Source of the DNA: Chiloscyllium plagiosum
Taxonomy: Eukaryota
NCBI RefSeq assembly: GCF_004010195.1
Contig: NC_057718.1
Location: forward strand, 75,089,859-75,153,858
Direction: 5' to 3'
Length of the DNA: 64,000 nucleotides
Every line of letters begins with the position of its first letter. Position 1 is the stretch's first letter. The notes under the pieces were generated by a model. The model was not told the DNA's origin. It did not search any database and saw only the letters and a program-made list of their open reading frames with translations. Position numbers and translations under genes: made by a program. This document shows positions 11,615 through 22,400 of the stretch, piece after piece.

Positions 11615-12720
11615 AGGGTCAAAGCAAAAGCTAAAGCATTTGCAATCATCTTCAGCCACAAGTACTGAATTTATCTCGGCCTCCTCCTGAGGTCCCCACC
11701 ATCACAAATACCAGTCTTTAGCTCATACAAGTCACTTCAGAAGGTATCAAGCAATGGCTAAGCACAGTGAATATGGCAAGGTACGTAGGCTCTGATAATA
11801 TCCTGTTGTTGTACTGAAAATTTGTGCTCTAGAACTAACCACATCCTTATAATGCTGTTCTACGACAGACGCAACACTGGTAGCTATGTGACAAGTGCAA
11901 AACTGTTGAGGTGTGTCCTGGACACAAGAAGTCGTACTAATTCAATTTGGCAAGACCAGCTTATCATTCTCATCTGAACAAACAACAAAGTGATTGAATT
12001 AAGTGGCACTTTCTCACCAACACTCCACTTGCTAATCCTCAGCTTGGGTTTCATTCAGTTGTAGATCTCATTGCAGTCTTGGTCAAAACTTGGACAAAAG
12101 ACAGCTCAAAGTGACTTCTATCAAAATCAAGGCAGCATCAGACAGACTTATTTCAAGGAGCCAGAGTAAGATTTATGTCAATATAAATTGAGGGAAAACT
12201 CACAACCGGCCAGACGTTTAATGAGCATAAAGAGGAACAAAGTAGCTTCTGGAGGCTAGTCATCTCACTCCCAGGAGTTCCTAAGTATTTTCTAATTAAC
12301 CTGTTCAGAGATATTATTACATAACTCTGGAGCAGGCAAATCTCGAACCCCCCTGGCTGAGAGGTAGGCTCACTTTTCTACAAGAGTCTTTAATGCAGGA
12401 GTTGTTACTGCCCGAGACCCAACCACCTTCAGCTGCTTCATTAGTATCCTACATTCCATCATTAGGCCTGAAGTGGGGATGCTAGCAGCTGTTTGCATAG
12501 AGCTCAGCACCATTTACATCTTTTCATATACTACATTGTCCTGCATGCAACAAATCTGAACAACAAACAGTTTGGACGAAAAGATGGAAAATAACTATTG
12601 TGCCATATGTGCCAAGAATGATTATCTCCAACAAGAAAGAATCTAATCACTTTCCCATGGATGTTCAATGACATTCGCAACTACATAAACTGTTGTAACA
12701 AGGATAAGTCAGAGGTTAAC
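11615..12720 (+). mobile_element. Old CR1/L2-related LINE RT fragment, interrupted by a short tRNA-derived SINE (~12300-12390, minus strand)
   Basis: Decayed ORF2 motifs (KAKAFAIIFSHK, gPDNIP-like); appears to be the same family as 48310-49050. Confidence 0.55.
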
Positions 12721-13101
12721 ATGCAGTGAGGATTGGGAGGTGAAACTAATTGGACAACTCTTTAAAAGAATCAGCGCATGTATGATTGGCCATTTGGACT
12801 CTTTCTATTTTGTAAATGTTAACATTCCCATAGGATTCCACTTTTTGAGTGGGACCAGCAGCGGATGTAAGGCGAACCAGGAAGACTACAGCTAAGGTAA
12901 GGGAGATTTTGAAAATTACTTACCGGTAGTGGCCAGCGGTGTTTTTCCTCCACACTAGGAGCGGAAGCAGAGGCGGAAGTGACGCGGACCAGAGGGGCTG
13001 CCGGGAAGGAAAATATTGAATATAAGTTTATTGCTTGATTTTATAGCAATTGAATGAAGCTTTCTTGTTTAGTATTGTGTGGGCGTTCAGATAAGTGGGG
13101 T

Positions 13102-14033
13102 ATGGATTCTAGGGCAGTTGCTTGCTCCTCCTGCAGAATGTGGCAGGTGAGAGACATGACACATGTCTCCACTGGCTACATCTGCGGGAAGTGCTCCCAA
13201 CTCCAGCTCCTTGAAAACCATGTTAGGGAATTGGAGTTGGAGCTGGATGAACTGCAGATCATTCGGGAGGCTGAGGGGGTAATTGAGAGAAGTTACCGGC
13301 AGTTGGTCACTCCTGAGGCTCAGGATAAGGAGAGATGGGTTACAGTCAGGGGGAGGAAAGGAGACAGACACAGTGCAGAGATCCCTGTGGACATTCCCCT
13401 CAGCAATAAGTATATCGTTTTGGATGCTGCTGGGGGGATGACCTACCAGAGGAAAGCCATAGTGGTCAGTTCTCTGGCATTGAGCCTGACACTGTGGCCC
13501 AGAAGGGAAGGGGGCAGAATAGAAAAGCGCTAGTGGTAGGAGGCTCGATTGTTAGGAGAATTGACAGGAGATTTTGTGGTCAGGATCGGGATTCCCGGAA
13601 GGTATGTTGCCTCCCTGGTGCCAGGGTCCAGGATGTCTCAGATTGGGTGTATAAGATTCTGAAAGGGGAGGGCGAACAGCCAGAAATCGTGTTACATATT
13701 GGCACCAATGATATAGCCAGGAAAAGGATTGAGGATATAAAAAGTGATTTCAGGGAGTTAGGGTGGAAGCTGCAGAGCAGGACGAACAGAGTAGTGTTCT
13801 CGGGTTTACTACCGGTGCCAAGAGATAGCGAGGTGAGGAACAGGGAGTGGGTGCAGCTTAACACGTGGCTGCGCAGTTGGTGTAGGAGGGAGGGCTTCAG
13901 ATATGTAGATAATTGGGATGCCTTCTGGGGAAGGTGGGACCTGTACATGAAGGATGGGTTGCATCTGAACTGGAAGGGGGCCAATGTCCTGGGTGGAAGG
14001 TTTGCTCGAGTGGTTCAGGAGGGTTTAAATTAG
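13102..14033 (+). pseudogene. CR1 ORF1: C4 zinc finger, leucine zipper and SGNH esterase; frameshifted near 13435
   Basis: CSSC..CGKC-LQLLENHVRELELELDEL; ALVVGGSIVR, CLPGA, HIGTND, DGLHLN esterase blocks. Confidence 0.88.
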
Positions 14034-14323
14034 TATGGCAGGGGGGTGGGAACCTGACCTATATACCGGAGGTGAGAGTTGATGCAGATGAGGCAATAGC
14101 AAGAGGTAGCACAGCCAGTGGGAAGGAATTTCCTGGGAAAGAACCAAGGGATCGGTTAAAGTGTATTTGCTTTAATGCAAGGAGTATGAGGAATAAAAGT
14201 GATGAGCTTAGAGCATGGATCAGTACCTGGTGCTATGATATTGTGGCCATAACAGAGATGTGGGTTTCTCAGGGGCAGGAATGGTTGCTGGATATTCCAG
14301 GATTTAGAACATTTAAAAAGAAT

Positions 14324-14688
14324 GTGGGCGGCACGGTGGCACAGTGGTTAGGTGGGCAGCACGGTGGCACAGTGGTTAGGTGGGCAGCACGGTGGCACAG
14401 TGGTTAGCACTGCTGCCTCACAGTGCCAGAGACCCGGGTTCAATTCCCGACTCAGGCGACTGACTGTGTGGAGTTTGCACATTCTCCCCGTGTCTGCGTG
14501 GGTTTCCTCCCACAGTCCAAAGATGTGCAGGTCAGGTGAATTGGCCATGCTAAATTGCCCGTAGTGTTAGGTAAGAGGGTAAATGAAGGGAAATGGGTGG
14601 GTTGCACTTCGGCGGGTCGGTGTGGACCTTGTTGGGCCGTAGGGCCTGTTTCCACACTGTAAGTAATCTAATCTAATCTAAATCTAAT
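14324..14688 (+). mobile_element. HE1-like SINE with triplicated 28-bp head
   Basis: 3 x gtgggcRgcacggtggcacagtggttag (14324-14407), then SINE body and (taatc)n tail. Confidence 0.93.
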
Positions 14689-14733
14689 TTGGGCTACTGC
14701 TTGTTGTTATTAATAGCATTACGGCGAAAAAAA

Positions 14734-15067
14734 GGGAGGCACGGTGGCACAGTGGTTAGCACTGCTGCCTCACAGTGCCAGAGACCTGGGTTCAATTCCC
14801 ACCTCAGGTGATTGTGTGGAGTTTGCACATTCTCCCTGTGTCTGCGTGGGTTTCCTCCGGGTGCACCGGTTTCCTCCCACAGTCCAAAAATGTGCAGGTT
14901 AGGTGAATTGGCCATGTTAAATTGTCCGTAGTGTTAGGTGAAGAGGCAAATGTAGGGGAATGGGTCTGGGTGGGTTGCACTTTGGCGGGTTGGTATGGAC
15001 TTGTTGGGCCGAAGGGCCTGTTTTTCACACTGTAAGTAATCTAATCTAAGTAATCTAATCTAATCTA
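14734..15067 (+). mobile_element. HE1-like SINE, full length
   Basis: A/B boxes, body, (taatc)n tail. Confidence 0.93.
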
Positions 15068-18000
15068 ATAGGGAGGGGGAACAAAGAGGAGGGGGTGTAG
15101 CGCTGCTAATCAGAGAGGGTATTACAGCTACAGAAATTATCATTGCTGAGGAGGGTCTGCCTACTGAGTCAGTATGGGTGGAAATTAGGAACAGTAAGGG
15201 AGCAGTCACCTCATTAGGGGTTTACTACAGGCCCTCCAATAGCAGCAGGGAGATTGAAGAAAGCATAGGTCAGCAGATTTTGGAAAAGTGTGATTTTGGT
15301 TGGGTTGTTGTAATGGGTGACTTTAACTTTCCCAATATTGATTGGAACCTCCTTCGAGCAAATGGTTTGGAAGGAGCTGGTTTTGTAAGGTTTGTTCAGG
15401 AGGGTTTCCTAACTCAGTACGTTGACAGGCCGATGAAGGGAGAGGCCATTTTGGATTTGGTGCTCGGCAATGAGCCGGGGCAGGTGTCAGACCTTGCAGT
15501 GGGAGAGCATTTTGGTGATAGTGACCACAACTGCCTCACATTCTACATAGCTATGGAGAAGGAGAGAAGCAGGTAAATGGGAGGATATTTAATTGGGGAA
15601 AAGGAAACAATGATGCTATCAGACGTAAGTTGGGAAGCATGGACTGGGAGCAATTGCTCCATGGAAAGGGCACTATAGACATGTGGAGACTGTTTAAAGA
15701 ACAGTTGTTGCGAGTGATGCATAAATGTGTTCCTCTGAGACAGGCAAGGAGTAAGATAAAGGAAAGTAAGATAAGTGGAAGGAAAGTATTCTGCCTGGAA
15801 GTCAGTGGTGAGTGGTGTTCCACAGGGCTCTGTTCTTGGGCCTCTACTCTTTGTAATTTTTATTAATGACTTGGATGAGGGGATTGAAGGAGCTTCTCGT
15901 CAAAAGAAAGAAGGCAGCTTACGTAAGGTGGAGGAAGCAAGGGTCTTGCTCAGCTCTAGAGGATTACAGGCAGGCGAGGAAGGAGCTCAAAAATGGTCTG
16001 AGGAGAGCCAGGAGGGGGCACGACAAAGGCTTGGCAGGAAGGATTAGGGAAAATCCAACGGCATTTTACACGTATGTGAAGAATAAGAGAATGATCAAAG
16101 GGTAGGGCCGACCAGGGATATAATAGGGAACTTGTGTATAGAGTCTGAGGTAGTAGGGGAAGCCCTAAATGAGTTTTTTGCTTCTATCTTTACTAAAGAC
16201 AAGGACCTTGTAGTGAATGAAACCATTAAGGAGCAGGTAAGCATGCTGGAACGGATAGAGATTGAGGAAGCTGATGTGCTAAAAGTTTTGACAAAGATTA
16301 AGATTGACAAGTCGCCAGAGCCAGACTAGATTTGTCTTCGGCTGCTTTGGGAAGCGAGAAATGTGACTGCTTCGCCACTTCGAAGATCTTTGCATCCTCG
16401 CTCACCACCGGAGTCATACCTGAGGACTGGAGGGAGGCAAATGTAATTGCTCTCTTCAAGAAAGGAAATAGGGAAATCCCCAGCAATTACAGACCAGTCA
16501 GTCTCATATCTGTCGCCTGCAAGATGTTAGAAAGGATTCTGAGGGATAAGATTTATGACCACCTGGAAGAGTATGGCTTGATTAAATGCAGTCAGCACAG
16601 CTTTGTGAGGGACAGGTCATGCCTCACAAATCTTATTGAGTTTTTGAGGATGTTACTAGACAAGTTGTTGAGGGTCAAGTGGTGGATGTGGTGTATATGG
16701 ACTTCAGCAAGGCATTTGATAAGGTTCCCCATGGTAGGCTTGTTCAGAAGGTCAGGATGAATGGGATACAGGGAAATTTAGCTGTCTGGATACAGAATTT
16801 GCTGGTCGACAGAAGACAGCGAGTGGTAGTGGAAGGAAAGTATTCTGCCTGGAAGTCAGTGGTGAGTGGTGTTCCACAGGGCTCTGTTCTTGGGCCTCTA
16901 CTCTTTGTAATTTTTATTAATGACTTGGATGAGGGGATTGAAGGATGGGTCAGCAAGTTTGCAGACGACACAAAGGTTGGAGGTGTTGATAGTATGGAGG
17001 GCTGTTGTAGGCTGCAGCGTGACATTGACAGGATGCAGAGATGGGCTGAGAGTTGGCAGATGAAGTTCAACCTGGATAAATGCAAAGTGATGCATTTTGG
17101 AAGGTCGAACTTGAAAGTTGAGTACAGGATTAAAGACAGGATTCTTGGCAGTGTGGATAAACAGAGGGATCTTGGTGTGCAGGTACATAGATCCCTTAAA
17201 ATCGCCACCCAAGTGGACAGGGTTGTTAACAGGGGGCATTCATTAACAGGGGGATTGAGTTTAAGAGCCGTGAAAGCTTGTTGTAGCTCTATAAAACTTT
17301 GGTTAGACCGCACTTGGAATACTGTGTCCAGTTCTGGTCGCCCTATTATAGGAAAGATGTGGATGCTTTGGAGAGGGTTCAGAGGGTTACCAGGATGCTG
17401 CCTGGAATGGAGGGCATATCTTACGAAGAGAGGTTGACTGAGCTCGGACTTTTCTCATTGGAAAAAAGAAGAAAGAGAGGGGACCTAATTGAGGTGTACA
17501 AGATAATGAGAGGCATAGATAGAGTTGATAGCCAGAGACTTTTTCCCAGGGCAGAAATTTTTAACACAAGGGGTCATAGTTTTAAGCTGTTTGGCGGAAA
17601 ATATCGAGGGACGTCAGAGGTGGGTTCTTTACGCAGAGAGTTGTGAGAGCATGGAATGCATTGCCAGCAGCAGTTGTGGAAGCAAGGTCATTGGGGATAT
17701 TTAAGAGACTGTTGGACCTGCATATGGTCACAGAAATTTGAGGGTTCATACATGAGGTTTACCTTACATGTGAATCAATGGTCGGCACAACATCGTGGGT
17801 TGAAGGGCCTGTTCTGTTCTGTACTGTTCTATGTTCTGTGAAAGGAATCAATGGGCAGGTGTTTACTTTATGAAACATTTACCATAACAATTAAGCCCAA
17901 AATCAGCATAAAATTGAACATACATTTAATTTTAAACATTAAATTCAATAAAGCTAGGTTTCAGCTTCACTCACAGCCCAAGGTGACACTAAGTTCAGTG

Positions 18001-18660
18001 TCACAGTTTTTCAGACTCTGACTCTGATATACAGAATCTCTTACTTCTTCCATTCACTAGCTTTTGCCGTCAATTCCCTTTCAGCAGCACAGTTAGCATT
18101 GACAAGGTTCATTTCTACAAACCCACTGTCCTTCAGATCACAATAGTCCTGTTGCCATAGCTTTCCACAGTTCCTCTTCAACCAATCAATCAACAACACC
18201 TCAGTTCACCTTTGGTACAATCAATGATTCAGTTATTCATGCAGCTTTAGGTTTCAATCGCTTTTAGCTAGTTTTCACATTGAGGAAACAAGAACTACAG
18301 GAGTTTCTTCAAATAGGAAACTGACCTTATCGTGAAGGGCTCTGCTTGCTTTTCCTAAACATATTAACAGTTCTGTGGTTGTGCTCTGCTGTATCACAAA
18401 CTGCAATTCAAGCTGTTTCCAATTAGCTTCTACTGACCTTTTTTGGGTTTCCTAGTTTTCATCTCCATAGCAATGTCAATTAAGTCATAGGTCACTTCTC
18501 AAATATGACCTTGCAGCTAGGAAATCCAATTATGAATTACTTTCCCAGAACAGCTTAGTTTCACTTTGGATTAAAGGGATATCTTAGAAATACAGCTTTT
18601 TTCCCAAAGTGTAGATTTCACTACATATCAAGTTATGGTTATAATGCAAATCAATATATT

Positions 18661-18845
18661 CAGAGACAAAAATAGGAATTGCTGGACAAGCTCAGCTAGT
18701 TTGGCGGCATCTATGGAGAGAAATCAGAGTTAATGTTTAAGGCCGAGTGACTGTTCCTCATTTCTCTCTACAGATGTTGCCAGATTTGCTGAGCTTCTCC
18801 AGCAATTTCTATTTTGTCTCTGATTTAGACCATCTTTTGTTTTTT
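18661..18845. repeat. Short palindromic PLE-terminus-derived element
   Basis: Inverted arms ~18661-18724 and ~18761-18822 (cagagacaaaa..gctgga / tccagc..ttttgtctctg); related single arms at ~6010-6075, 21590-21680 and 48220-48285. Confidence 0.6.
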
Positions 18846-18975
18846 TTATTCAGTATTTTCATAATACTGCCTTAGCAAATGTTAATTAAAAGCAACTCAT
18901 TTGGAAATTCAATGATTAATACTAATTAAATACCCCAAGTAATTCCTGCAGCTCAAAGCAGGAAGAATTGAAAAA

Positions 18976-20127
18976 GGTTCTGGATGTAGGTTTGCTCGCT
19001 GAGCTGAAAGTTCATTTTCAGACGTTTCATCACCCTACTAGGTAACGTCTTCAGTGAGCCTCTGGACGAAGCACTGCTGATGATTCCTACTTTCTACTTA
19101 GATGTTTGGGTTTCTTTGGGTTGGTGATGTCATTTTCTATGGTGATGTCATTTCCTGTTCTTTTTCTCAGGGGATGGTAAATTGCAACAGAGTCATGGTG
19201 TTTGTTGATAGAGTTCTGGAATGGAATGCCATGCTTCTAGGAATTCTCATGTGTGTCTCTGTTTGGCTTGTCCTAGGATGGATGCGTTGTCCCAGTCGAA
19301 GTGGTGTCCTTCCTCATCTGTATGTAAGGATACTAGCGAGAGAGGGTCATGTCGTCTTGTGGCTAGTTGATGTTCATGTATCCTGGTGGCTAGTTTTCTG
19401 CCTGTTTGTCCAATGTAGTGCTTCTTACAGTCCTCGCATGGTATTTTGTAAATAACATTAGTTTTGCTTGCTGTCTGTATAGGGTCTTTCAAGTTGATTA
19501 GCTGCTGTTTTAGTGTTCTGGTGGGTTTGTGGGCTATCATGATGCCAAGGGGTCTGAGTAGTCTGACAGTCATTTCCAAGAGTTTTCTTTGATGTAGGGG
19601 AGAGTGGCTAGGGTTTCTGGACAAGTTGTGTCTGCTTGTTTGGGTTTGTTGCTGAGAAATCTGCAGACTGTGTCCTTTGGGTACCCGTTCTTTTTGAATA
19701 CACTGTATAGGTGATTTTTCTCTGCTCTGTCGCAGTTCCTCTGTGCTGCAGCGTGTATTGGCTCATTGAAATAATGTTCTGATGCAGCTTCATTTGTGGA
19801 TGTTGACAGAGACATGCACGGGAATTCCTAGAAGCATGGCATTCCAACCAGAACTCTATCAACAAACACATTGACTTGGATCCAATTTACCACCCCTGAG
19901 AAAATTAACAGGAAATAACATCATCATAAGAAATGACATCACCAACCCAAAGAAAGCCAAACGTATAAATAGAAAGCAGGAATCATCAGCAGTGCTTCAT
20001 CCCGAGGCTCATCGAAGATGTTACCTAGTATGGTGATAAAACGCCTGAAAATGAACCTTCCAGCTCAGCAAGCAAACCTACATCCAGAACCTCAACCTGA
20101 GCTACAAATCTTCTCAAAACTCGCTAG
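18976..20127. mobile_element. Penelope-like element (family A-related), inverted two-armed insertion with GIY-YIG endonuclease remnant
   Basis: Minus arm ~18976-19800: NVIYKIPCEDCKKHYIGQTGRKLATRIHEH; plus arm ~19810-20127 repeats the 3' end; TSD ttgaaaaagg at 18968-18977 and 20128-20137. Confidence 0.9.
19019..19056 (-). ncRNA. Minimal type-I hammerhead ribozyme motif
   Basis: Reverse complement: CA-CTGAAGA-c-GTTACC-tagtag-GGTGAT-GAAACGTC-TG. Confidence 0.72.
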
Positions 20128-20826
20128 TTGAAAAAGGGATGAGAGGATGTTTACTGGGTGAGCAATCCAATTTGGTAGATTGTGTGTCAAATCCATTTCA
20201 GAAACTTAATGAACATGACAATCCATCCATTCAATTGCTTACTTGTGTCCATGACTAAAATTGCTGTTTGTCTTAATGCTCAAGCCTGCCTATTTTTAAT
20301 GTGCTGCTGACCTTCCCTGCTGCAGGTTGACCTGGGAGGTAAGATCCAGCCCTGAGAGTGAGTTTAATCCATACTGATAGAGCAAACAAAAAGGGAAGAA
20401 CTTTTAACATTTAACTAAGTAATTCAATCAAATGGATTTAAATAGAATCATTGTCTCAACACGTAGTTTCCCTGTAAAAGAGACCAGAAGAGTGATTGAG
20501 TTTATGATCATTAATGGAGAGATGGAGCTTTCTAGGTGACAGAATTTGAGATTACACAGTCACTCAGCACAAAATACCCACCTCTTGGTTGAATTGATAT
20601 CAGGATCTTTATGCATCACTGGTGTAGTGCACTGGAAATCAAGTTCCATTATCTCCAAAATATATAGAATTCCCCAATTCTTTTACATTCTTTTACAAAG
20701 TCTTTTACATTCATATTCACAAAAAGTATGGGCCAAATTTCTAAATTTTAAAAAATTACCATTCATTACAAATAAATAGATTCTAACTACAGATAAATAA
20801 TTATGAACTATCAACTTATAACTCTA

Positions 20827-22400
20827 CTAGGCCTGTGTAAACTTAAACACTTCCTTTCTGGGCTTTGAATTACAACTCAGATTCTCCCCACAAAGGCCTG
20901 CATTAGCATCTGGCATCTCCTGTTTCAAAGGGATCATTTTAAACTTACATTCATGTTCACCCTCTCTTCTCTTTCCCATTTTCATCTTCAGTTCCATTTG
21001 TTTCAATCCAATTTCTTGTCTTCTTAATTGCATCTCCCTTTCTTTATATTTCTATATTCTTCCTTTGTCTTTTACTGGCATCTCCAGTTTCTTCATTTTT
21101 TCCTGATGCTTAAGCTGCTTTTAATTATAACTGAATATTACCTGGCTCTAATGTTTCACTCTCTGAAGTACCTTGTCTCTCTTGTATTTCTTCTAAACTC
21201 AAGTGCCATGCTCTTACCTCTACCTATTGCCTTCATATATCTCCAGGTAATCCTACCTTCAGTTTAATAGCCAAGTCAATCAGCCTGCTCTTTGAATATT
21301 CAGACTGCCAGAGACAACTCTGCCACCTGTAGCAAATCTTTTGTCATTTCCAGTGCCATGTCTTAAATATTGTAAAGAACTTGGCATTTTTATTCATCTG
21401 TGTTATTTACTAATATCACACTCAAATCCTCATTGTCTCAGTATCAAAACAATCCTGGACAAGATCCCCCAAAACTTTGTTATGCTTCACTGTACAGTAC
21501 ACCGAAAATCAAGCCTCCACTATTCCCAAATGCAATCAGAAAATCTAAACATTTTTAAAATACACACAATTTCCCAATTTACCAGTTCTAGGTCACTGGA
21601 CGCAAAAGGCTAACTCGGTTTCCTCACGAAAGATGCTAAAAGAACTGCTGAGTTTCACCAGAAAGTTCTGTTTTTATTCCCAGTTTACCTGTTTTTTTTA
21701 GACTCAGGTTGATAGCATAGACCAAGTTTCTGGTGTACTTAATGAGTAAATTTGTTATGAGTAAATAGATTCCAACTACAAACTAACAATGATTAACCAT
21801 TGACATATAACTTGTCAAAATTCTGACCCCTTCAAAAACTCCTCTGGTGCAAATATACAGATGGCCACAGATAAGAAAAAAAAAGGGTGTGATTGGCGGA
21901 GGGAAAGACTGGGGAGACAGGTCGATGGTTTCTGTTCACAGGATTCACTCAGATGGTTCTTTTGGCTTGCCAAGATGTGCTGCTCCTTGGCTTTCCTTCT
22001 CCAGATGCTTTTATTGCAGGGGGCATAGAACAGCTAAGTGTGCACAAATCAAGCCTCTGACTTACTCATTGAAACATGACAGCTTACAGCAAACCTAGTT
22101 TTCTTCAGGCTTGAGGTGTTTTTTTTTACTGCAGAGAAAAGGGACAGTTCCTTCTTTCTTGGAGATCTAATTACTTCACCATCAAACATTCCCACGTTCC
22201 AAGCTGTTCTGTCACCTGGGAGCCAAAAACAGGCAAACAGAAAACCTTTGTCATTGATACCTGGTCACCATATCTCAGACCAATCAGTTGGCAGCTGAAG
22301 CTTCAATTATACACTCACCTTGGCTCCAGCTCATCCATTTCCCATACTGCTCGAATAAACAGCTGTAAAGAGCACTTACAATGAGGGTCATGTAATATGC
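20827..22400 (-). mobile_element. LTR-retrotransposon 5' end: putative LTR (~21478-22400), tRNA-Pro-like primer-binding site (~21452-21471) and decayed gag coiled-coil
   Basis: Reverse complement ..cataACA aagttt TGGGGGATCTTGTCCAGGAT resembles the tRNA-Pro PBS TGGGGGCTCGTCCGGGAT; ORF 20827-21033 is E/K/R-rich and gag-like. Confidence 0.55.

Larger units (their letters stand above)
14150..17720 (+). pseudogene. CR1 ORF2 (APE endonuclease and reverse transcriptase), interrupted and frameshifted
   Basis: [53 protein letters not shown]. Confidence 0.9.
12845..17838 (+). mobile_element. Near full-length CR1 LINE (5' UTR, ORF1, ORF2, 3' tail), disrupted
   Basis: CpG-richer 5' UTR, ORF1, APE and RT domains in order, (ttctgt/ttctatg)n tail; contains SINE insertions and frameshifts. 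Confidence 0.93.

Noticed and set aside
14324..14407. 28-bp direct repeats resembling a CRISPR array
   Set aside because: No spacers, no cas genes, eukaryotic context; the unit is the SINE head
17840..18640. Possible solo LTRs (also ~42500-43900 and 48037-50155)
   Set aside because: Only compositional resemblance; I could not define termini, TSDs or a PBS
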